DNA of 63,329 nt, the filler included, from Reticulomyxa filosa (lineage: Eukaryota; Protista; Foraminifera): the NCBI GenBank assembly GCA_000512085.1. It is 20 parts of 20 records of this genome, joined end to end, with 100 filler letters (N's around TTAATTAATTAA, not from the genome) between each part and the next. Parts side by side here need not be neighbours in the genome. Positions count along the whole stretch, not along the records: positions 25,734 to 27,250 come from ASPP01008928.1; positions 27,351 to 29,210 come from ASPP01013269.1; positions 29,311 to 30,523 come from ASPP01006907.1; positions 30,624 to 35,840 come from ASPP01008997.1; positions 35,941 to 43,411 come from ASPP01000835.1; 15 more parts are not named here. The stretch is one strand, 5' to 3'. A program made the position numbers and the translations under genes. Shown here one piece after another: positions 25,838-36,079 of the stretch. Every line of letters starts with the position of its first letter. Positions within the stretch are counted from its first letter, which is position 1. Under the pieces are notes generated by a model. It was not told the origin of the DNA, did not search any database, and saw only the letters and a list, made by a program, of their open reading frames with translations.

Positions 25838-27170
25838 CGAATGGATGGTTGTCCGCCCGCCTTGATATCCGAGTTTCAAGGGGAAAAGCCTGGAGCGAAG
25901 GAAGGAGGAGAAGACAATGACGGCGAAAATGGAGGAGGAGACGCCCCCGCGCCGACCGTGAACATCAATGATCCCAAGTTTGAAAAGTACCACAAAATGA
26001 AGAAAATTGGGATGCCTTTGGTCAGTATTTTGAATAAAATGAGGTATTTTGTTTGTTTGTACAAAAATATGTACTTAGAGTTTGTGTCCCTCTTCCACAC
26101 GTGTAATATATGTATATATGTATATATGCATATATGTATATATGCATATATATCCCCCCCCCCTTTTTTTTAACAAAAAACTCACTCCTTGATCATACTG
26201 GATGCGAATAATAGGATGGACGGATTCTCATCCAATGAAATCGATGCTTTTGAAGGGAAAACCCCGGTTGCAAAGAGCTCCACGAAATCAGGCGAAAAGA
26301 AAGACAAAAAGCAGCTGTATTTAGAAAAGTGTGAAAAGCTTGGTTTAGTTTTTCCTTTTTTTTTTTAAAGATATATCAAAGTCAAATGGAAAGTTGTAAA
26401 TGCAATATCAAGGTATCCCCGCACGTCCATATGTTGAACCGAAGTTGCCAGAAAAGTTGAAAAAGATCCATTGGACGGTGGTCCCTTTGGAAAGTGTGAA
26501 GAAAACCATTTGGGAAGATCTCGCCAAAACGGGTGAGACGGTCATTCTCAGTCAAGCCTTTGAACTGCATTTTCAAATTCGACAAAAAAAGCCAAGGATG
26601 GTTACACGCAATCGAGGAGAGTCAGCCATTGGTCAAGCACAAAAGCCCAAACAAGTTAAACAACAACAATATATACATATATATATTTATTTATTTGTTG
26701 GAAATTATAATGGGAATATGCATGCAATTCGATGACGAATAGAAAATAACCTTCATTCCAATGAAAAAAGATCAAAGCATTCAAATCGGCCTGAGAAAAC
26801 TAGGACTAAGCAATGAAGAGATTTACAATGCCATCTATTACATGCAGGAACAAGTGTTAGACGAGGAAAAACTTGGCACGATTTTCGATCTGCTACCCAA
26901 CGCCGAAGAGGTCACTTTGACCGAGGGCAAAGCCGACGAGGCAGGGAACGACTGCGAGTTCTTTGGACCGTCGGAACTCTTTTGGCTGGAAATGAGCGCC
27001 ATTCCAGAAGTCCGCAAACAGGTGGAAGCGTGGCTATTCACCAAAACCTTTGCCGAACTCTGCAAAGATCGCTTATATCAAGTCAACTTGTTGAAACGAG
27101 CTTGCGAGGCCATTCGCAATAGTCAAGGTCTGCGATGCTATCTCAATCTTATCCTCACCATGGGCAATCT
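25838..27170 (+). CDS. Formin (FH2 N-terminal half) preceded by CCDC53/WASHC3-like repeat(s), partial
   Basis: Exons 25838-26043, 26215-26342, 26413-26654 and 26743-27170. FH2 lasso KLKKIHW...KKTIW, then QSIQIGLRKL, DLLPNAEE, FGPSELFWLEM and ACEAIRNSQGLRCYLNLILTMGN. Upstream lies NDPKFEKYHKMKKIGMP...NKMRMDG. Confidence 0.9.
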
Positions 27171-27416
27171 AGTTTAGAGTTACTTACTTTTTTTTTTTCC
27201 TCCTCCTGTCGTTGCATTTCGCATCATAACCGTACCCCCCCCCCCCCCTTNNNNNNNNNNNNNNNNNNNNNNNNNNNNNNNNNNNNNNNNNNNNTTAATT
27301 AATTAANNNNNNNNNNNNNNNNNNNNNNNNNNNNNNNNNNNNNNNNNNNNTTTTTCCATTTTTTTTTTTTTTTTTTTTTTTGTATTTGGAAAAAAAAAAA
27401 ATAAGAGTTCAAAAAC

Positions 27417-28470
27417 TTTGAAATCTTTAAAATGAATTTCATGTGTTACAGATGCCAACTCATTTTTAATATCTTCCAATTGCATTTTTTCTTGTTCTTG
27501 TTGCATCCATTGTTTTTCAGTTTCCGTCTCTTCTTGCATCCATCCACTCAAATGGGTGTGCCAAATTTGTGGCGCATTTCCCTTACAGATTCCTTCAAAC
27601 ATATATATCATGGTGCTATTTTGACTTGATATTGCACAAGCATCGACCAATGGAGATGTCAGGGTGTTTTCAAATTTCAGCCATGTGTTTTCCGTGATCG
27701 AATACTTGTGCACTATCTTTGAAGTGTCCAATTGATTGGCATTGCGTCCACCAAAAAATAGAATGATATCGTTAATATACACATATGCATAATTCGTAAT
27801 GTATCTCATGCTTGAACAAACACGCAAATTACGAAATTGAAAAGTATTACTGTCTTCATCATATCCAATTGATAATCCACTATTGCCATAAAAAAATATC
27901 ATTTCATTACTGTTCTGCTTTTTCTTAACAAAACAATGATGACGTATACAATGCTCACCAATAGGTAATGTTGAATATGCAACAATCTTACATGTGTTCA
28001 GATCAAATACTTCAATATGCCGTGGGAAACTTGTAATAAACAACAAATTTTTTTTCTTTCCACCAATCACTGCTCGAGATCCTTCATAATCACCCTCATT
28101 TGTAATTACAATTGATTTGTTATCGCTAGTGACAAATGGAATCAATTCATTGCCAGTTTGCTTACTTGCAATCACAGATTTCCAAACACTTACATATTCC
28201 AACAAGAATACATAATTGCTCTGCTTTATGCTTTTATCACCAATAAAAATTAACTTGATCCCTTCTGTGCTCTCAATGTTTGCCACATAGTAAATATCTG
28301 TTGCATAAGAACACACTAGCTTCAACTGCTTTTCACGTGTGTGATAGGAATAACATTGACCACCTCCGCAAACAAGAATTTCCTCCTTATACTCAATACA
28401 TTGAGTTGGATAAACATATGCGGGCAGGTTTGCTCGACGGCGTGCTATCCTCATGGAATTTAGAAGATCC
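27417..28470 (-). CDS. Kelch-like beta-propeller protein (lineage-expanded type), partial
   Basis: LP...TQCIEYKEEILVCGG..CYSYH, RAVIGG, HHCFV and YAYVYINDIILFFGG...VHKYSITENTW.KFE..L show GG/Y/W kelch-type repeats. Donor at 27416. Confidence 0.7.
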
Positions 28471-28746
28471 CTTTTTTTTTTGGTTTTAACCCTTTGAGTT
28501 TTATGTCTTTGCGTTGGTTTGTATTTTTTGTATCTTGTGGGAATTAATGCACTTATTCAATGCAAAATACAAATTGAAGAAAGCACAGCACTTTCATTAT
28601 GTAAATCTGTTTAATGATAACTGAAAATAAGATATTATGAATAAAAAACGAATCCAAGTACATCTGCTTTGCACTTTTTACTTTAATTTTTATCAAACGA
28701 TTGACTTCAAAAGTGTCCCTTTGTCCCCGCATAGCCCCTTCATCAA

Positions 28747-29210
28747 TGATTTCGTTATGTTATTCTCTGTCATCAATCTGGCTAATTTTGATATTTACTT
28801 TGAGCAAGACTGCTCTTTCAGCTCTTGATAATTCCTTGCAGCACTATCAGCCAAATGTGGAAGAATTGTCAGCAAAGTTTGAAGGACTTGAGGATTATGA
28901 ATTGAGTGGCATGTATCGAAAGGCATTGGCATCGGGGGACGAGCAGAGTCAAGCACTTTTGGATTGGATTGAAAAGAACAAAGAGCAGATTGCACTGTAT
29001 GAGCAATGGAAAGAAGAAAGCAGCAGCTGGACCAAGCGTTTCCAATTTGGGGTAACCAACTTGTTAAAAAAAAAAGGGGGGAGGGGGGGGGAAGGAGATA
29101 GCAAGATGGAGGTAAAAAAAAAAAAAAACCAAAAACAAAAACAAAAAAAGACAGTTTCGATGGAAGGGTTTTGGGCAGCATTTTCGATAATAGTTGCAAG
29201 TGAGGTTGGA
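28747..29210 (+). CDS. GDT1/TMEM165 (UPF0016) Ca2+/Mn2+ transporter family, N-terminus
   Basis: Signal-peptide-like N-terminus and an in-frame intron 29052-29150, then GFWAAFSIIVASEVG. This is the start of the E-x-G-D-K-T family motif, cut at the contig end. Confidence 0.7.
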
Positions 29211-29310
29211 NNNNNNNNNNNNNNNNNNNNNNNNNNNNNNNNNNNNNNNNNNNNTTAATTAATTAANNNNNNNNNNNNNNNNNNNNNNNNNNNNNNNNNN
29301 NNNNNNNNNN

Positions 29311-29442
29311 ACCCGCAGCGGGGTGTATGTGGCCCCCGAGGTGGTGGATCTGTCCAGGCCGCTGGGCTTTGGTGGCGGTGACAAGATTGTCAGCCACGAA
29401 GACCCGGCCAAGTGGCAGGTGAACCCCTTGCGTTTCCTGTAA
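29311..29442 (+). CDS. 3' end of an unidentified bacterial gene (TRSGVYVAPEVVDLSRPLGFGGGDKIVSHEDPAKWQVNPLRFL*)
   Basis: Open frame with GC-rich third positions ending in TAA at 29440-29442, followed by a terminator hairpin. Confidence 0.6.
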   Translation, partial: TRSGVYVAPEVVDLSRPLGFGGGDKIVSHEDPAKWQVNPLRFL

Positions 29443-29471
29443 CGCGGTCGCTCTGGCTGCGTGCAAGACAA

Positions 29472-29508
29472 AGCGGCCAACCCTGCCAGGGTTGGCCGCT
29501 GTTTTTTT
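29472..29508 (+). terminator. Rho-independent terminator between convergent bacterial genes, possibly bidirectional
   Basis: AGCGGCCAACCCT-GCC-AGGGTTGGCCGCT forms a perfect 13-bp stem followed by GTTTTTTT, with a short A run upstream. Confidence 0.85.
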
Positions 29509-29517
29509 GGCGCTGCT

Positions 29518-30452
29518 TTACAGCCGTACCAGCTCGCGGTCGTTACCGCCGCGGCGCTTGGCGCGGTACATGGCGCTGTCGGCCTGGTTCAGGATGTCGC
29601 GCGGCATCACGCTGCCGCTATGGAACAGGGTAATGCCGACCGAGGCGCTGACGCTGTTGGGCTGGCTCAGCCCTTCCACCTCCACACCCAGTGCGGCGAT
29701 GATCTTGCTGGCCACGGCGCGGGCACCGCTTTCGTTGGTGTTTTCCAGCAGCACGGCAAATTCGTCGCCGCCGACGCGGATCAGCAAGTCGCTGGTGCGC
29801 ACCACGCCGCGCAGGCGCGCCGCCATGGTGGACAGCACCCGGTCGCCAATGACGTGGCCGTGTACGTCGTTAATGGCTTTGAAGCGGTCGAGGTCGAGGA
29901 ACAGCAGCGCGCAGAGCCGGGCGGTGTTGTCTTTGGCCAGCGTGTCCAGCTTCAGCTCCAGATAACGGCGGTTGGCCAGCCCGGTCAGCGAGTCGCGATG
30001 GGCCAGCTCGGTGAGGTGGCCTTGCAGCAGCTGCAGCCGCTGCGCTTCCAGGCGACGGGCGGTCACGTCGTGGTGGGTTTCCAGCAGCGCGTCCAGTTCG
30101 CCGTGGGCGGTGAACAGCGGCGCCAGTGTGATTTCGTAGTAGCGTTGCTGGCCGAAACTGTCGGTACAGGCTTGTTCAACCGTGATCGGCTGGCGGCGCT
30201 CCAGCACTTGTTGGCGCGGGCAGGGTGTTCCGCTGTCGCAGGGTTGGCCGATGCCGTGGATGTACTGGTGGCAGGGGGCGTGTTGCGGTTCGCCGTACAG
30301 GCGGCGGGCCTCGGCGTTGGCGTATTCCACGGTATGGTCGGGACGGAACAGCATGACGGGGTGCGGCAACAGGTCGAGTATCTGCTGCAGCCGGCTGGCA
30401 TCCGCGTAACGGGGCCGGCAGAGGAAAGGTGCGAGAGGTCAGTGCGCGTCAT
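29518..30452 (-). CDS. Bacterial PAS-sensor diguanylate cyclase (GGDEF)
   Basis: LAHRDSLTGLANRR, LLFLDLDRFKAINDVHGHVIGD, RVGGDEFAVLL, SASVGI and ADSAMYRAKRRG, with a PAS region LQQILDLLPHPV...YAN. Intronless and GC-rich. The probable ATG at 30452 is one base out of frame with the 29518-30369 ORF. Confidence 0.95.
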
Positions 30453-30623
30453 GTCCGCTCAAGTAGTTGTCTACAAAAAGAAATAGGTTAGCAGTTGCTT
30501 GAAATCGTCATGACCGCTGTTTGNNNNNNNNNNNNNNNNNNNNNNNNNNNNNNNNNNNNNNNNNNNNTTAATTAATTAANNNNNNNNNNNNNNNNNNNNN
30601 NNNNNNNNNNNNNNNNNNNNNNN

Positions 30624-31390
30624 GGTTCCAACCCTTTCGGTTCCAACTTCTTGTTGTTCCTTATTATAATTCTGAGGCGATGCAATTCCGTGAGCGGAAA
30701 ACTGATGTTCTATCAACTCTTCAAGTGTTTGATAACGTTCTGGACATATAGTTTTTCTCAACCGAGCCCCAGATGCGTCAATATACGTGTCTTCATCTTC
30801 TTCTTCAATTCCTAGTTTCAAACGTAAATACTTATTTTTTTTTTTTTTTTTTTTTTTATTTTTTTTTAGATTTAAATTTCAAATATCCATGTACCTAGAC
30901 TCGCTAATAGTTGAGCACGTCTCTTGCTTTGTTTCTTGGGTTTTTTCTCCTCATTGACACTCGCTTGCTCTTCCAATGGAACCCAACACGTATATTTACA
31001 CGCATATTTGAAATGGGTGGAGCGCAAATGCCGATTTAACCAACGCTTCTCTGTGTATGTTGCACTGCATATTTCGCAAGGGAACAACATCTTCAGCCCT
31101 TCCAGATGCTCAATCATTCGATGTGCTGTGTATTCTTCCAAGCCGTTGAATTGGAGTCCGTTACAATCTTGACACTCCTTTGTAAGTGCCCAACTTCTGT
31201 GTGGCACATATCTTTTCTGCTTTATTTCCCCCACTCCAGGGTTTAAAACTACTCGATTTTTTCCTTCTCCACTGTTCATCATGTCCAAATATTCTATTCT
31301 ATGGGGACTGCTATATTGTGACAACAAAGGAGTCCACTCGAGTGGGTCTGTTAATTCTGAAGATTTATCCACCATGTTCGAGATAATCAA
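30624..31390 (-). CDS. C2H2 zinc-finger protein, partial
   Basis: CQDCNGLQF....YTAHRMIEH and FPCEICSATYTEKRWLNRHLRSTH. An intron at ~30812-30893 joins to an acidic exon running off the contig. The 5' end is uncertain. Confidence 0.8.
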
Positions 31391-31754
31391 ATTTCCCTCT
31401 CCCTCTGCTGCTCTTTCTGGGCCAGCGCAACAATCAAGTGTTCCCTTCCCGCCAAATTTTCATTTGTATAGTAAAATCACTTTCTCCAATTATTCCTCAC
31501 GTTTTTGAGGGAATATACTGTACACATTTATTATTTTGATTAAACAGTAAAGCCAAAAGTTTTAGTAAGCAGCGCTAACGCTCGCTTTGTACAAAAGTCG
31601 AATGATTGTTAATATTTGTATGTGATATATTTTCATTTAAGACGACATGCCTCCACAGGAGATTAACAGCTTATAAATTAAAATTATAGCCTAGGTCTAC
31701 AGTTACAAGAGAACCCGCGCAACATTCGAAACCAAAAAAAGGCTAACTTTAATC

Positions 31755-32644
31755 ATGACATCATTCGATTTTAAGGTAGTTGTGCTTGGTGAAGGACGTG
31801 TTGGGAAAACCTCGCTTCTCATAAGGTAAAACAAAGATATCAAAAGTTATAACAAAACACACTTATTTCTGGGTTTGTCTTTAAAAAAGATATGTCGAAA
31901 ATGGTTTCACTGATTCGCAGCAATCCACAATTCAAGCTTCATTCCTAGAGAAACGAGTAAACATAGGATCAGATTGCGCTAGTTTAAAAATTTGGGATAC
32001 CGCTGGACAAGTATGTAATTATTAGAAAAGGATATCTGATTAACCACCCACCAAAAAGTACTATTTCAATTTATAGTTACTTTTTTATGCTTGTGGTCCC
32101 CCTTCCACTTTCTCCCTCCAAAAAAAAAGGAGAGGTATCACAGCTTAGCACCAATCTATTACCGAGATGCCGATGGAGCAGTATTAGTTTATGACATAAC
32201 CGACGAAACGTCGTTCAATAAAGCCCAAAATTGGGCAGTAGAATTAAAAAAAATGGCAAAACAAGACATTCACATAGTTATTGCGGCTAACAAGCAAGAT
32301 TTAAGTGCCAACAAACGGGTAAAATATTTTTGTTTGTGTTGTCCTTGCTGTTATTTCCCTCACAACTATAACATGGCTTTTATGTTTTCTAAAAAAAGGT
32401 GTCTGATGAAGATGCAAGATCTTATGCGTCACAAATCAATGCCAAATTAATTGGGACATCAGCAAAGACAGGGAATGGAGTTCACGAATTATTTCTTGAG
32501 TTAACCAGGTTAATGCTGGCTCATGCTAAATCACAACAAACTACCTCTCAGCAAACCAGCAACAGGCGAGGTAATAAAATCAAAATTGAGGAAACGCCAA
32601 CTACTTCACCTGTCAAAAATAAAAGTTGTTGTGTTGTCATTTAG
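31755..32644 (+). CDS. RAB21: Rab21-family small GTPase, complete, 4 exons
   Basis: Exons 31755-31825, 31890-32010, 32130-32318 and 32399-32644. [52 protein letters not shown], TSAK and C-terminal CCVVI. GEG and TIQASF are Rab21 signatures. Confidence 0.93.
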
Positions 32645-33086
32645 TTTGTTTCGCTTTTTTTCCTTTGTGCTGATGTGCTCCATTGTCTTGTTCAGTTTTC
32701 TCTTATCCTTACAAAGGAGGTACCCCATTTCTGTTGTGAATGGGAAAAAAAAAAAAGAGGAAAAACACAAGGGCTAAACAACAACGGTGTTGTGTTTTTT
32801 TTTTTTTGCGAACATATCCCTTTTTTTGTCCAGTCTCCTTTCTTGCCTGTTTTGTTTGCAATGGAAAAGGTTTTTAAATTCTTTAGCTTGGACTAAAGTG
32901 TTTTTCTATTGGACGGTTATTTTACTGTTGCAAACTTGAAATTTTCTGTAGGTTTTGAATTGACAGGTCTGATATCCGTCAGAAAAGATTAAATTATGAT
33001 GTACAAAATGAAAATTATTAAATAAATTATTATTAGTTCCCTCCTTTACCCCAGATCCACAAACAAAATCAAAAGTGCAATTAAGT

Positions 33087-35840
33087 TTATGATGTGCTTT
33101 TATTTTGGTCTGAATAAAACCAACCATTAAAATTTAATTGCGACACCAATTTCTGCAAAGTATATAGGGATTGTTGATTTAATGAGATATCCTTTACGTT
33201 TTCCATCCATTCTTTCAGCATCTCGTCAAATTCCTAAGTTTTTAAAAATAAATAAATAAACGAGTCTTTCTATAAAAAAAAACAAACGAAACTTTTTGAT
33301 TAGTTCGTAATTCATTTTCAAAGTCAAACCAATCAAATTCGCGGGCGGTATGATCCCATTGTATGAAGAGATCTATGATGTGAGAAAATTCTAGCACCAA
33401 GGATAACAGGTAAAATGTATAGACATAAGTGGTATGATTGGCAATGATAAAAAAATGCTTGCACAAATTATGCAAAAAAACATCATGAAGTTGCATGACT
33501 TGATCGATGGTATTACTGTGATTGATAATTTGATCAATCAAATGATGGTAATGACATTCGATGATTTCATTATTTGCATAAAACATGAGAACATTGACAA
33601 AGAATAACATTTTGTTAATGCAGATATTGACAAATCGACACAGATCATTGATACGATCCTTGGAAACAGTGGAGTGTGGACTGGACCACAAATGAGAGGA
33701 ACAGCGATTCGATTTCCAACATTCTTTGATAAGATAATGACAACGTCGTAACAAGAGCAAATGGCGAAATAGGGCATTATATCGCTCTAAATCGTTTCTA
33801 TGAAATATGACATCCAATGGATTGTCAATGGCATATTTTAGATGAAATCTCGACCAAAATTCCATGAAATGTTTCCAAGTGGAATAACTCTTTCGCGTGT
33901 TTGTTTTTTTGTATTTTTCAATCAGTTGTCTTGTGCACTTATTTTTAAATAGCATTTCCACCTCGCTTTTTCCTTCAAAGGTCCATTCACTAATGTCGAT
34001 TATAACACTGATGTCGCTCTTCATATCTGCTACTGTTGAAACAAGTTCTTCTATGTTGTCTTTTCTTTCAATCCAAATTTTGGTATTTCCTTGGTCGTTA
34101 TTCGATTTGTTGGGATGTAACGCCGATGTAAATCCAACATAACCACGTCCAGTGTTCATTTCGCACGTCAAATACTTTGATATGTCGAATTCGTTCAAAA
34201 ATAGCGCTAGTTTGTTGTCACAACGAACTTGAAATTCTTCCGTAATGAAATCGTACCCGATGTATACATTGTGATCCTTTCCCCCATATGCACACACATA
34301 TGCATATACATGTATGTACATATTGTATAAACAGTGCACAACATCTATTTGCATGTTCAACGTAAAGTCTACTGTTTGTGTTAAACTTTTGCATTGAATA
34401 AATCGATGGCAATTTCATTAGATACCACTTTGGCATGATTTCCTTTGTTATCGCATCCCCACAGAGACACTTCACACACTTTTGTTGTTCCGTCTTTCGA
34501 ACAGACGCTAAATCCAAGTACCAATGCATTGTTACAAATATCACTTCCATAAATGTCGTTTTCATGTTCAATCCACCAATCCATGCGATCGTGCTGAACA
34601 ACAAAAGCAAAGGCCTGGGCATGTGGAGAAGCGAGCACCGTAAAAGTGCACTCGAATCCATAGAGAATGGGTACTTTTTTGCTCATCCAACACGAGCCAG
34701 CGTGGACATTATGTTTTGTTTTTGCTCCATGAGCCGCAGTGGCAATCTGTTGGGGAAGATGAATGCACGATTGCGACGCAGCGAGAGAGCCCTGTCTAAG
34801 ATTGTGCAAGGGAAACTGGAATTGTAGCAACACGTCAGTCTTGCGATTGACTTTGGAACACAGTCCATAGGTAAGAATCGAATCCAAATCAATGTTGCCA
34901 CGACGACGAGTGCTAAATTTGGTCATTGCGAATTCCAAAGACACGCTGTCCAAATTCAAAGAAAACTTGGTAGCGGCGGATTTGAAGGGTCCCATATTTA
35001 AATCTGAGTACACAGATCAATCTGTAGGAGGGAGGGGGGGGGGGGAACATGAAAAGAGCAACAACAATAAATGGAGAGAAACAAGGAAAAAGAACCTCGA
35101 GTGGCAATGGTGACAGGAATGGCATCAAAGGATGGAATACTGGTGCATTCGTCCAAAACGCAATGCCAGAACTCGCCTTTAAACAATAGAAAGTAATCTC
35201 GCATTGCTTTGAGATGATGAAGCAAATGCAATTCGTGCACAATGACATGCCACAATTTCACTCCAATTTCTTCTCGCATTTCATTCAGTTTCAGATCCAA
35301 TACATAGCTGTTCAATTCTTTATTTTCGCATAACACTTTGTCACGCAAATCGTCCAACGTCTTTGCCAATTCGAATGTTTCCTCTTCGGTCAATCGCATC
35401 ACTTCGCTTTTTTCACTCTTTTTGTCCTCGCTAATGCCATCCATTTTGTCGGACCTCTTTTCTTTCCAATGTTGCTATTTGCAGCAAAATGCGCAAACCC
35501 AATATGCAAACAATGGATTAACACAAACAAGGGACACCAATACACAAATGCCTACCAATTCCGATTGCACTATCGATTGGTCTTTCGTTTGCCTTTGCGT
35601 TTGTACGTCTTTGGACGGGATGCGTTTCGCGATCAGTTCGATGGCAATTGCACTTACGCTGTTCTTGCGTGTACTGGATCGCGAATTCACTTTTTCGTTT
35701 TGTTTGGACAATTGCTGTTGCGTCGCGTACGTCTTTAAAATACACACACTCTTGCCAATGAACAATATCTTTTCCACCAGTGATATTGGAATATGTCGCA
35801 GCGGCAACATTCCATAGTCAATCACAAATTGGCTGTTCCC
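33087..35840 (-). CDS. TUBGCP4: Gamma-tubulin complex component (Spc97/Spc98 family, GCP4-like) with an inserted lectin-like domain, 5' truncated
   Basis: Exons 35840-35556, 35456-35096, 35003-34387, 34276-33293 and 33233-33087. MLP..HIP..LVEKILFIGKSV, LW..IV.E..LL.HLKAMRDYFLL.KGE, LKY....PLDVIF...DLERYNALFRHLLLLRR, H..FL and C-terminal LVSQLNFNGWF. Confidence 0.88.
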
Positions 35841-35940
35841 NNNNNNNNNNNNNNNNNNNNNNNNNNNNNNNNNNNNNNNNNNNNTTAATTAATTAANNNN
35901 NNNNNNNNNNNNNNNNNNNNNNNNNNNNNNNNNNNNNNNN

Positions 35941-35979
<39 letters not shown>

Positions 35980-36079
35980 TTGTTGGTTTGAATATTAACT
36001 ACATACACATGTATACAAAAAAAGCAATATAACATAGAGAGAACAAAAAAAAAAAAAAAAAAAAGTGTTTGTTCAAAAC

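Noticed and set aside
29461-30486. 341-aa plus-strand ORF and other overlapping ORFs on the bacterial contig
   Set aside because: These are antisense shadows of the GC-rich GGDEF gene with no motifs of their own.
29311-30523. Horizontal transfer of a diguanylate cyclase into the eukaryote
   Set aside because: The contig is isolated by spacers, has no host-like flanks or introns, and keeps a bacterial terminator.
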